A stretch of DNA of 64,000 nucleotides from Selaginella moellendorffii (Eukaryota > Plantae > Lycopodiophyta), in NCBI RefSeq assembly GCF_000143415.4, contig NW_003314271.1, forward strand, positions 1,904,806-1,968,805, written 5' to 3'. The notes beneath the pieces were generated by a model. That model ran no database searches. It was not told the DNA's origin and saw only the letters and a program-made list of their open reading frames with translations. Positions 1 through 10,318 of this stretch are shown one piece after another; the stretch's first letter is position 1, and each line of letters begins with the position of its first letter. Both the position numbers and the translations under genes were made by a program.

Positions 1-363
1 CATCCTCGAGTAAAAATCCAAAGCTTGATCGCCATAGCCATGCTTGGCGAGGCCGAGAATGATGCTAGTCCAAGAAATTACGTCCTTCTCTTCCATCCTG
101 TCAAAGAGCTCGCGAGCTTCTGATATACAGCCACATTTCACGTACATGTCGAGGAGGCTGTTGGCGACAACGAGGTTGGAGACATCTCCGCTGTGAATCA
201 CATCGCCGTGGATCTTCTTCCCTGTTACCAAATCCCTGGAGAGCTTGCACGCCTTGAGAGCAAAGATAATGGCTGCTAAGCTCGGCCTACAACCCCGTTC
301 TTGGAGCTCGAAATATTTCCTCACTGGAATGGTTGCATCAGTGTTTGTGGGAGCGCGTACCAT
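1..363 (-). CDS. PLS-class pentatricopeptide repeat protein, 5' part (runs off the window)
   Basis: Manual translation from ATG 363: MVRAPTN...ALKACKLSRDLVTGKKIHGDV...NSLLDMYVKCGCISEARELFDRMEEKDVISWTSIILGLAKHG, which are L/S/P PPR motifs. The frame stays open to position 1. Confidence 0.9.
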   Translation of the reverse strand, partial: MVRAPTNTDATIPVRKYFELQERGCRPSLAAIIFALKACKLSRDLVTGKKIHGDVIHSGDVSNLVVANSLLDMYVKCGCISEARELFDRMEEKDVISWTSIILGLAKHGYGDQALDFYSRM

Positions 364-516
364 GGGACGCCCTACATTGTGCCCAAGAGCCCTAAGTTTC
401 CTGCTTTATTTTGTAAACAATTAAGCGAATTATACTTACACAATGACTCTACAAGAATATGAATTTCGTATAATGTGTGAATGTTTATAGAAATATATAT
501 TTTATTTTTTTAAGAG

Positions 517-1482
517 TTAAAATATAGACCATAATTTTTTACCATTATTTGCATTGTAAATTATAACATTACCTTCATTTCTTACAAGTAATACTGTATC
601 TAATATACATGGCTCTTTTAAGCAATATCTTGTTGCCCAAACTATATTATTATTACTTTTAATAATAAAGTTTCCATTTTCTTGTAAAACTGCAACACAA
701 TTATAATTAATGGCATTTATTCCAAAATTTCCCATACTTTTCCACATAATATTGTTGGTAGAAACTTTGTGAAATTTAAGTTTACAATTATCTTTTAAAG
801 TAAATCTAAACAAACCATTTGGTGATACTAAACTGTTATTTTCTTCTATATATGATCCAATCTCATTTTGAAATCCACTTATTAATGAAGATCTATAAAG
901 TGCTTCACAATTCCAATTTGAAATATATATTTCCGAATTTAAAATTTTGATATTTAAATTGGTGTTACCTTTACCTGTTGATCTTAATTTGTATTTTAAT
1001 GAGAAATTTAAATAAGCCACATGTATGTAACCATAAAATGAGTTTGGGCTTGATAATGCTTGATATTCTAAATTATCTAAAATATATGTAAAAACTTTTA
1101 ACAAAACATCATCTCGATATTTTTCAAGTTCAGTTGGATCCAATAAACAAAATGAAAAAGATGGGAGAACCTTATCTCTTACAATTTCAATTGGTTTCAA
1201 TATGGTTAATTTAATACTAATACCTGCATTTTGTAAAATGAATGCTGGAATTTTAATTTCTCCTACAGAAAAAGTTTCACCATTTTAAAAATAATCTTTA
1301 ATATAATCAAAGATATAGTTTATTAAATTATAAAAATCTTCAATATTTAATTTATTTGGACTTTCAGCACTTATAACAGCTGGATAAAGTGGCTGATCAT
1401 TATCATTTCCTATATTAAAGGAGACATAGTAACATAAAATTATAAAAATCAAAATTTTGATTCTAGAAAGCAATAAATTCAT
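517..1482 (-). pseudogene. Putative secreted protein: unknown N-terminal domain plus C-terminal bulb-type (B/GNA-like) lectin domain, with one in-frame TAA at 1285-1287
   Basis: ORFs 1285-1482 and 517-1200 share a frame, and the 28 codons between them are open (NGETFSVGEIKIPAF...). The N-terminus is hydrophobic. The C-terminus has B-lectin-like repeats: LVSPNGLFRFTL, LQENGNFII..NIVWAT, VRNEGNVIIY..KKLWS. Confidence 0.65.
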
Positions 1483-2955
1483 AATATAGATTAATATTGC
1501 AAGTATTTATAAAATTGGAATATTTTTTTAATGTGATTTAAATATATTTATCACTTATCTATATAAAGAAACTAGAAATTGCATTGGTGGTGAATACCTA
1601 TGATTTTTTTTGAGTATTATTTTAATCATTTTATTCTAAATTTAACCCTGTTTTTAACTGATTTAAAGGGTTTTAATATTCTAGTTTGTTACCAAGTGGC
1701 ATTGCACAAATAAAACATCTTATTTTAATGATCAGAGAAAAATTTAAAATTGAGTTAGATTTTAATGCATGAAAGACTAGATCCAAAGTTTGCGTATACT
1801 CCAAAATTCACCAATATGCAGACAAGAAGGTGCTTCTTGATCAAGAGGATGAAATGAGACAATGGTCTGCCTAATTCCCACTGTGAGGCTGCTGCTGCCA
1901 AATATCTACTACAGCAATCTCATCCAGCAAGTGATCTAAACTCCCATCATAACTACTATTAATGATTTTTATTGACAATTCCCAAGTTTTGCATAACAGC
2001 TTAGACTCTCAGCTCATGGATCTGGTGGAGTGACTTAGCCAGACACTTGCCAAGTCACAAAACTGGAGCCAGCATCTTTGTTGCAAACACTTTTCTTTTG
2101 AATACCTTAGCAAGAATGACATGTTGGGGGTTGAGGTGCTATGATGTAATGTCATGAATTTTTGCTGCGCAGGCTCAACTGAGACATCTCCAAACATCCC
2201 TTCTAGTGATTCACAGCCTCCACCACAATTGGGACATACCCCAATGCAAGATCTAGCCAAGATGCTTAAGATTCGACAAATGCCCAAGGTACTAGACTGT
2301 TTTTTATAGGCACTTCCAATAGTTTGAGAGGCATTTGGGAGGCTCTTATCTAGCTACATGCAGCTCTACTCCTTGCTCCATTACACAACACATGCCAGCA
2401 AAAGGTGGCAATCCTTTTTAGGTACCACCATTAACAACCAATTTTTTGGCCTCTTTATTTGGGGATTGAGCTTTTGATAGGAGGTTCATGGTACCAAATG
2501 AGCTCTTAGATGGGCTTTGTACCTCTGGAGGAAGTGACTAATGAAGTGGTAGATGAAACGATAACTCTTGGGGAAGTTGAGAAAGATGTAACTTTTTCTT
2601 AATTGGAAACAAAGCCTATCTCTTGTTTATTAATGTGTGCTTTGTAAGAAATATTTATTGCTTCTAGTGAGGAGACATGAGGCATTTTTCACGGCCACCA
2701 CTTCACATGGACTAGATTACCCACAATAGAGCAACACATCTTTCTTTACCTTCTAGAAGTTGATATCATTAGCTAAAGATTATAGTGCAAGTGATCATGG
2801 AATGAAATTTGGATATATTGTTACTATAAATCCTTAAAAGTTAAAGAATAAATGGAGATAAAATATCTACTAAAAATTCTTTCATGAAGGGGAGAGAGAT
2901 AAAATGCATTACATGTGGTATTAAAGAAAATGAAATAAATTTGAAAAAGGGCACC

Positions 2956-2990
2956 GGTTTAGGTTTAGGTTTAGGTTTAGGTTTAGGTTA
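2956..2990 (+). repeat. Telomere-like tandem repeat (TTTAGG)n, about 5.8 units
   Basis: ggttta x5 followed by ggtta, read directly. Confidence 0.9.
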
Positions 2991-2999
2991 TTATTGTGC

Positions 3000-3037
3000 C
3001 AACAATATGTGGCACCCTAAACCGCCACATATTGTTG
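3000..3037. repeat. Perfect inverted repeat: 14-bp stem, 10-nt loop
   Basis: CAACAATATGTGGC / loop ACCCTAAACC / GCCACATATTGTTG. Confidence 0.9.
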
Positions 3038-5654
3038 TCTACATTTGCATCGTTTAGTAGAGGCAATCTTCATTCTTTATAGCAATAGCTGTGAGGCGAA
3101 CTTCGTAGTGCATGTGGGAGATCTCGAGTTTGGGTTGCAATTGGTGTTGAGTCAAGTTTTTGACCTCATCCTTAGTATGAATTGCTTGTAGCACAATCAT
3201 GCGAAGTGTGATTTTAAAGCTTCTCCCCCCATTATCTCATCCTTCTTTATATTTCATTCATTTTTTTCACTTCCATATATCTTTGTCCCTTTGTTTTTAC
3301 CTTTGCTTCTATTACTTTTGTCTCCCCATTATTTCCTCTTATGTTTCTGTCTTATTTTGCTCTTCCCTTTTCCGATCCTTCTAACAATCTTATTGTTGTA
3401 GTAGTTGACCGGCTCATGAAAGAGTATGCCGATCTCTTTGAATTTGATGTATTGTTTGGGGCCAAGATTACCACATGTTATCCAATTCTAACTAGAGATG
3501 CTCATCCAATTAAGGTTTTTGTTCATCGTTGGTTATCCAAAGAGATCAAGATTTTACATATAAATACCAAAAAAATGTTAAAGAAGGGTGTTATTCGGAA
3601 GTCGTGAAGTCCTTGGGCATGTGGACCTCATCTTGTGATGAAACTTGATAGAAGTTATTTCTATATCAACTATTATCCGTTAAAAGAAGTGATGATCCCA
3701 AATGTGTACCCTCTTCCTTGCACTGCTAATCTCTTGGATCATTTGAGGAGAAGTTGTTGGTTCACCAAGTTAGATCTTGCTTCTGGGTATTAGCAAGTAC
3801 TGATGGCTGAAAGAGATATTCCTAAGATTATTTTTTGTACACTATTTGGTTTGTACAAGTTTTTGGTAATGCCATTTAGTTTGAACAATGCTCTAATAAC
3901 TTTCCAGCAAATGATAAATGACATTCTTTGTGATATGCTAGAGGTGACTATTGAATTCAATGATGTTTTGATCCACTCAAAGAGGACATAGGAGGAATAC
4001 ATTTGTGATGTTTGTAAAGTGTTAAAACATCTATAAGAAGTTGGTCTAAAGTTGAAGCAGTCGAAATGTGTGTTTGGGTTCAAGGACATAACTTATTTTA
4101 GGTATCATATTTCTCGTAAGGGTTTGCAAGTTGATCCTAACAAATTTGTGGCTGTAAAGTTCCTTATTCCAAAGTGTGTAAATGATATGTATCGCTTCCT
4201 AAATAAGGTGTAGTATCTCTATAATTTTGTAGATTATCTTTTTGATCACATTACACCGTTGTGTGTATTATTGAAGTTATTAATATCATCTTTTATTTGG
4301 TCTACAGACTATGAGTGGGCATTCATGGATCTCAAGGAGACATTGACAACTCCTACAATTTTAGTGTATCTTAATTACACTCGAATTTTCATTTTGTGTG
4401 TGGATGCTTATGATATTGGTTTTGGAGGTGTGTTGATGCAAGAGAGTTTAAATATGCTTGATCAGTGCCATCCCATTGCATATATAATCCATACATTACA
4501 ATTAGCAGAGACAAACTACTTCACAACAAATAAGGAGTGTTTAGTAGCAGTCTAGGGTTTTGAGAAACTTCATGTATATCTATATGGTTCTCGGATGTTA
4601 TTGGAAGGTGATCACGCCGTTGTGACTTCATTATTAAATTGGAAGAACATAGTTGGTTGTACTATTTAGTGGGTTTTGAAACTTTAAATATATGATTTTG
4701 ATGTTGTTATCTCTCAGGGAGTTTTATGGTTGACATTGATGCCCTTTTATGAGTTCCTCTTTCTTCTTTGCTTTCTTCTCATGTTTTTAACGAGCTTGGT
4801 GTTTTAGCATCAGTGGATTTTCTAGATGAGCATTCAGTGCCGTCTATGGTTGCTATATTTGGTGTTTAATGTTCATAAGGTGCAAAAAAATATTTACTTT
4901 CTCTTGATGAGGTTCATGAGGCTCAAAAGATTGAATTATAGATTCAAACGCTTCAAGATAGGTTTGAGAATCCTACATCACTTACTGATGAATTGCAATT
5001 CTAGCATTTACATTTTTAATATCACCTTGAAGACGGTCTTCTTTATTTTGTGGGGATGGATCCTGATGATCATTTATAACTAGTGGTGCTTTCAATCTTT
5101 ATTCTATAATTTTTCCATGCCTACCATAATTCTCTTGTTCTAGATAGGTATATAGGACATCGTCATATGACTAAAAAGTTGCATAAGTCTTTTTATTGGC
5201 TGGAGGTGCATGATATTATCCAATATATGCATAATTGCATTTGGTGCTAAGCTTATAATACTCCCCCTCGTGCTACAAAAGGATAATTAGAGTTTATTGT
5301 AGTTTCTTGTCCGTTTAAGTTGGTGGTGTTTGATTTTATGAAACCTTTTCCACAATTGAATATTGACAATGAGTATATTATTGTTGCTTCCAACTACTTG
5401 ACTTGCTAACTGGAAGTTGGTGCTCTTACTAACACCTTTGCAATTGTTGTTGGATACTTCTTTCTCAATCGAGTGGTGTTCTAACATTTTTGTCTGAAAT
5501 AGATTCTTTCGGATAACAATCCTACATTTATGGCTAAGGCATTTCATGTTTTGATGTCTCAATTAGGGTTTTCACGAATGTTTATCATCCATAGTCAGAC
5601 GGTTTGGTGGAATGGCTTATCAGACAGTCAAAGGGATAATCGCAAAGTACATGA

Positions 5655-5966
5655 ACTTTTAGCATTTAGATTGGGATGGGTATTTGCCATTTCTTTGGTA
5701 TGCATATGTCATAAGGGTGTTGTTAGAATCTTATCCTTTACACCCTAAGCCAACTGGCTAAAGGGGTGATCACTTGATTGCAAGGCCCTTTCCTTATCCT
5801 ATTATCCTGAACTTTTAGCATTTGGATTAGGATGGGTATTTGCTATTTCTTTGGTATACATATGTCACAAAGGTGTTGTTAGGATCCTACCCCTTACACC
5901 CTAAGCCAACTGGCTAAAGGGGTGATCACTTGATTGCAAGGCCCTTTCCTTATCCTATTATCCTGA
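5655..5966. repeat. 156-bp tandem duplication across the gypsy/TRIM junction
   Basis: 5655-5810 is repeated at 5811-5966 with a few substitutions. TGA microhomology at the junction. Confidence 0.9.
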
Positions 5967-5983
5967 CCTGGTGCCTAACAATC

Positions 5984-6077
5984 CTCCCCTCGTTAGGGAA
6001 TGATCATCCGCATGTAAGCTCCTGAATTTGCTCCCCTCGTTAGGGAATGATCATCCGCATGTAAGCTCCTGAATTTG
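5984..6077. repeat. 47-bp perfect tandem duplication across the TRIM/Cassandra junction
   Basis: CTCCCCTCGTTAGGGAATGATCATCCGCATGTAAGCTCCTGAATTTG x2. Confidence 0.92.
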
Positions 6078-6749
6078 GACTTCCAGGAGGTCACCCAACC
6101 CAGTACTATTCAAACCTAAGGACGCTTAACTCTAAGTATCCCAAAACCCTTAACCGATTGGAAAAGGGGGTGCACTCTTATTCATGGGCCCTTTCCCTCT
6201 ATATTTGAACCCTATGAGGACGCTTAACTCCAAGTATCCCAAAACCCTTAACCCATTGGAAAAGGGGGTGCACTCTTATTCATGGGCCCTTTCCCTCTAT
6301 ATTTGAACCCTTTGGACTGTCTCTCGAATCGTTCTCTTTGGTTGCTTACAATCTACCACGCTTCCCTGCAAGTTCACGCCCTCGTGAACGGAAGCTGAGA
6401 GCCGCAGCTCTCCCGAGAGCCCCGCTCTCTTGACACCCTACCCCTCGGGTCGAGCCCAGCGGGAGCAAACTGGACCAGTTAGATGTTAATCAACATGTGG
6501 TGTGATTCCCTTAGCCAACCAACAGAGTCGGACTCGAGACCTCTCTGATACCAAATGTAAGCTCCTAAATTTAGACTTCCCAGGAGGTCACCCAACCCAA
6601 TACTATTCAAACCCAAAGACGCTTAACTCCAAATATCCTAAAACCCTTAACCGATTGGAAAAAGGGGTGCACTCTTATTCATGGGCCCTTTCCCTCTATA
6701 TCTAAACCCTATGGACCGTCTCTCGAGTCGTTCTCTTTGGTTGCTTACA
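6060..6749 (-). mobile_element. Cassandra-type TRIM with a 5S-rRNA-like domain in its LTRs, nested in the previous TRIM
   Basis: LTRs at 6060-6350 (with a 98-bp internal duplication) and 6556-6749, TGTAAGC...GCTTACA. TSD CCGCA/CCGCG. PBS TGGTATCAGAG at 6543-6553. The minus-strand LTR core AGTTAAGCGT..TAGTACTGGGTTGGGTGACCTCCTGG(G)AAGTC matches the plant 5S A-box/IE/C-box. Confidence 0.92.
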
Positions 6750-8179
6750 CCGCGATCATACTTAGGCCACCCTCCGGTCACCATGATCCTTCTCTTAGGG
6801 TCTACCAAACTTTGGTTCTCCCTCTAGATCCACTATGTTGAATATTCCTTCAAAATATTCTTGCCCCACTCGTTAGCCATGAGAATCAAATTAGGCTCTG
6901 ATACCAATATTAGGATCCTATCCCTTACACCCTAAGCCAACTGGCTAAAGGGGTGATCACTTGATTGCAGAGCCCTTTCCTTATCCTATTATCCTGACCT
7001 AGTGCTTAACAGGTGTAGAGTTCTATTGGTGCTTCACTATATAAACTCTTATATAGTTATGATTCAATATTACCAATGGAGTTAGGTTTATCTTTGCGAT
7101 TGCGACGAGCTGCTGATGCTAAGTTGTGGGATTAGTATTTGACGAGCATTCGTCCACTTGTTTGAGTAGAGTTTATTAAACACTTGGGCCACATACAAGT
7201 CGGACAACAATAGTGCTATAATTTCTATCATCGTCTATTAGCAGAGTACAAAGTGGATGACTTAGTGTTAGTCTGTTTTCTCCATTTTACAATACATGGT
7301 TTATTTAAAGGGCTCCTTGCTCAATGGAAAGGACCATATCAGGTGTGGTGGCAAGTTGGACTGCAAGTTTATAAGGTTTAATATAATATCTACCAAGCTG
7401 ATCCTCTAAAAATTGTGCATGTGTAGTGGTTGAAACGTTTTGTACGAAGGGATCAAGAATAACTAGTACCATTTACAGATCCACAAATGCTTCCTTCTGA
7501 TGTTCCTCAAGATCCTGGCCCATTTACGAGAGAACTTTAATAGTCTTCCATTATTCCAAGAGGAGGGGATGATGTGAGGTCTAAGTGTATGACTATAGTA
7601 CTATATACTAATATTAGTGTAATGGGATTTTGGTAGTTATTATATTGGTTTCTAGACCACTTGCTTTTGTATATAAACTAGGGTTTTTGGGCTAATTGAT
7701 ATGCATATTTTTTGTATTCCTTTTCTATATTTTATGCACTCACAAAGTAAATATGTTTTTCAGATTTATTTATACCAGATTTCATAAAAAGCATAAAGCT
7801 AAAATATTATATTATAACTATGCCTTTCAACAAATCATAAGCCATTTAATGTGATATTGTATTTCAGCACTTAATATATGTTAGAATATGATACTGTGAA
7901 TAGGGATGCATACATTGACAAGTGTTTAGCTATTACATTACTATTATAAGATAACACCTCTTTCAAAAGGTGTCTCATGACTTAGCTCATGATAAAAAAG
8001 AAACACAAAAAGAAGAAATAATATTAGCAAAGAGTTCAAAATATAACAATGTCCATATTGTATTTCAAAAGAGTTGATCACCTCTTTTCTTAATTTTTGG
8101 GTATAGCTAAGTTTGTTATATGTTAATTTTGACATTCTTATAGTTCATATGACAGACTTAAATTTAAATTGCCAGTAAA

Positions 8180-10318
8180 ATGGTGGCAACTGAGGCAGAT
8201 TTTGCCACCTTACTCACTTCTTGTAAGGATCTATCAAAGGCTCAGCAACTTCACACCCAAATCACACATAGCAATCATTCAAATAGCCACTACCTTGCTA
8301 ATCTCCTTGTCCAGATGTATGGGAACTGTGGGAGCTTGAAAAAGGCAAAGCTAGTTTTTGATGGAATCCGCCAGCCAAACAGTTTTTCATGGAGCATAAT
8401 ATTGACTGCATATGCTCAAAATGGCCATTTGGAGGAGGCGAGTAATATTGCCAAAGAAATGCCCAGTAAAAATGTGGTTGCATGGAATTCTCTGTTGAAA
8501 TCATATGTAAAAGCTGGCAAACTCTGCGAATCGAGAGTAATTTTCGACAGTATGCTCTATAGAAACACAGTGACATGGACAATACTAATAGCTGCATATG
8601 CCGGAGCGGGGCAAATGGACGATGCCGAGGCACTGTTTAATGCAATGTCGGACTGGACTGTGGTGACATGGACGGCCATGATGAAAGGATACGCTCAGAT
8701 TGGGTGCATATCAAAAGCCAAAGAATTGTTTGATTCCATGATGGAAAGAAATGTAGTGACATGGAATATTATGATCGCTGCCTATGTGGATAATGGCCTC
8801 TTCAAAGAAGCACTGGTTTTGTTTGAAGCAATGCCATTTTGGAACACCGTGTCATGCAATACGATAATGCAAGGTTACAGTCTAGATGGTTGTTTTGACA
8901 AGGCCAAAGAACTATTGCGTAAAATGGTAGAGAAAGATGTTGTTACTTGGAACATTCTTCTCACGGCATATGCCCAACATGGGCAACTAGAACAATGCAA
9001 GGAAATCTTCGACCGAATGACGAGTAGAAGCATCTTATCTTGGAATCTTTTGCTAATGGCATACACCAAGGCATCGCTTTTAAAAGATGCCGTGGAGATG
9101 TTTGAGAAGAGTATGCCTTGGAGGAGTCTAGTATCGTGGTCGATACTTCTCCAGGGACTTGGAGAGAACTTTCTTTTTGATGAAGCCAGAAAGGTACTTG
9201 ACGATATGCCTGAGTGGGACAATGTATGTTGGACGTCGATCATAGGGATGCTTGGAAAAGGTGGCAATTTAGAGGAAGCCATAGCAATGTTCCAAAAGAT
9301 GCCAAGACACTGCCTTGTCTCGTCTACATGCCTGATTCAAGCATATGCCCAGTTGGGGAATCTATCTAAAGCTAAAGAAATCTTTGATGAGATGCCAGAG
9401 AGAAATTTGGTTTCCTACAATGTCTTGCTGGAAGGGTACGGTATGGAGCTTGGAAAGGTGGCGGAGGCCAAAAGGCTATTTGACACCATGCCCGAACATT
9501 GTGACGTCTCGTGGAATATCCTGATCTACTCGTATTGCCTCTCTGGGAATCTCGAAGATGCCAGGGTCATGTTTGAGAAGATGCCGCAGCGCGACAGTGT
9601 GTCGTACAACACGCTGGTCCAGGCGTACGGCGCCAGTGGTCATCTCCTCGACGCAAAGTTGGTGTTCGATTCCTCGCCCTGGCGAGATACCGTCTCCTGG
9701 AACACAATGCTTACAGCATATTCTCTGAACGGGCAAGATCTCGAGGCTAAGGATTTGTTCCAGAGAATGCCTGCTAGGGATCTCGCGAGCTGGATTTCGA
9801 TGCTCGCGTGTCTAGCGCGCAGTGGAAATCGTCGCGAAGCTCTGCGGCTATTCGAGCGGATGCCTGATCGCAGCGTCGCCGCGGTGAATGCGCTCCTCGC
9901 ATCGCCGCATTCTCAGTCGGATCACGCGGCGGAGCTCTTGATCGGGATGGCGATGGAAGGATTCCAACCGGATGCTGTCACATTCATCGCGATCTTGCAT
10001 GCCAGCAGCCACAGCGGATTGGTGGATCGGGCTGTCAAGGGTTTCTTGCTCATGAGCCAAGAACACGGCCTCTCGCCGTGGAGAGAGCACTACTGCTGCA
10101 TTGTCGATGTTCTTGGACGGGCTGGGCAGATCGACAGCGCCAAGGAGCTCGTGGAATTTATGCCGTTTGAGCCGCAGGCCACGGAGCTGGGATCGCTGCT
10201 AGCTGCATCGATTCATAGAAAGGAATCGATTGGGGTTGCACGGCGCATTGTGGAGCTCGATCGATGGAATGCCGGATCCTACACAGCGCTAGCCAGGTCC
10301 TGTAAGGCGCTAGGGTAA
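8180..10318 (+). CDS. PLS-E class PPR protein (712 aa, intronless)
   Basis: Long array of 31-aa S-type repeats (e.g. NVVTWNIMIAAY). C-terminal FIAILHASSHSGLV...HYCCIVDVLGRAG...MPFEP region (L2-S2-E). No DYW domain. Confidence 0.95.
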   Translation: MVATEADFATLLTSCKDLSKAQQLHTQITHSNHSNSHYLANLLVQMYGNCGSLKKAKLVFDGIRQPNSFSWSIILTAYAQNGHLEEASNIAKEMPSKNVVAWNSLLKSYVKAGKLCESRVIFDSMLYRNTVTWTILIAAYAGAGQMDDAEALFNAMSDWTVVTWTAMMKGYAQIGCISKAKELFDSMMERNVVTWNIMIAAYVDNGLFKEALVLFEAMPFWNTVSCNTIMQGYSLDGCFDKAKELLRKMVEKDVVTWNILLTAYAQHGQLEQCKEIFDRMTSRSILSWNLLLMAYTKASLLKDAVEMFEKSMPWRSLVSWSILLQGLGENFLFDEARKVLDDMPEWDNVCWTSIIGMLGKGGNLEEAIAMFQKMPRHCLVSSTCLIQAYAQLGNLSKAKEIFDEMPERNLVSYNVLLEGYGMELGKVAEAKRLFDTMPEHCDVSWNILIYSYCLSGNLEDARVMFEKMPQRDSVSYNTLVQAYGASGHLLDAKLVFDSSPWRDTVSWNTMLTAYSLNGQDLEAKDLFQRMPARDLASWISMLACLARSGNRREALRLFERMPDRSVAAVNALLASPHSQSDHAAELLIGMAMEGFQPDAVTFIAILHASSHSGLVDRAVKGFLLMSQEHGLSPWREHYCCIVDVLGRAGQIDSAKELVEFMPFEPQATELGSLLAASIHRKESIGVARRIVELDRWNAGSYTALARSCKALG

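Larger units (their letters stand above)
5877..7011 (-). mobile_element. TRIM (miniature LTR retrotransposon) with 104-bp LTRs, inserted in the gypsy integrase
   Basis: LTRs at 5877-5980 and 6908-7011 (TGTTAGG...TAACA; the right copy starts TATT). Perfect 5-bp TSD GGTGT at 5872-5876 and 7012-7016. Minus-strand tRNA-iMet PBS TGGTATCAGAGCC at 6894-6906 and PPT AGGGGAGGAT at 5981-5990. Internal region is non-coding. Confidence 0.92.
3400..7744 (+). mobile_element. Degenerate Ty3/gypsy LTR retrotransposon remnant (RT, RNase H, integrase, PPT, 3' LTR), interrupted by nested TRIMs
   Basis: Fragments with many stops: KLDLASGY*Q, FGLYKFLVMPFSLNNA (RT); ILCVDAYDIGFGGVLMQ...ETNYFTTNKECLVAV (RNase H); integrase fragments at 5100-5700 resuming after 7016. 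Order RT-RH-INT. PPT AGAGGAGGGGATGA ends at 7572, followed by TGTGAG...CTCACA (7573-7744). 5' end, gag and protease not seen. Confidence 0.85.

Noticed and set aside
1750-2900. Possible decayed gene or TE fragment (includes ORF 2009-2287)
   Set aside because: No recognisable motif or consistent reading frame.
3090-3400. Possible 5' LTR of the left gypsy (starts TGTGAGG like the 3' LTR)
   Set aside because: No similarity beyond 7 nt, and no PBS or matching TSD.
6077-6131. 5S rRNA gene
   Set aside because: Only the internal ~55-nt promoter core matches, and it lies within LTRs. It is a Cassandra component, not an rRNA gene.
6752-6761. GCGATCATAC matches the 5S rRNA 5' end beside the Cassandra LTR
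   Set aside because: Only 10 nt, on the opposite strand to the 5S core and overlapping the TSD; probably chance.
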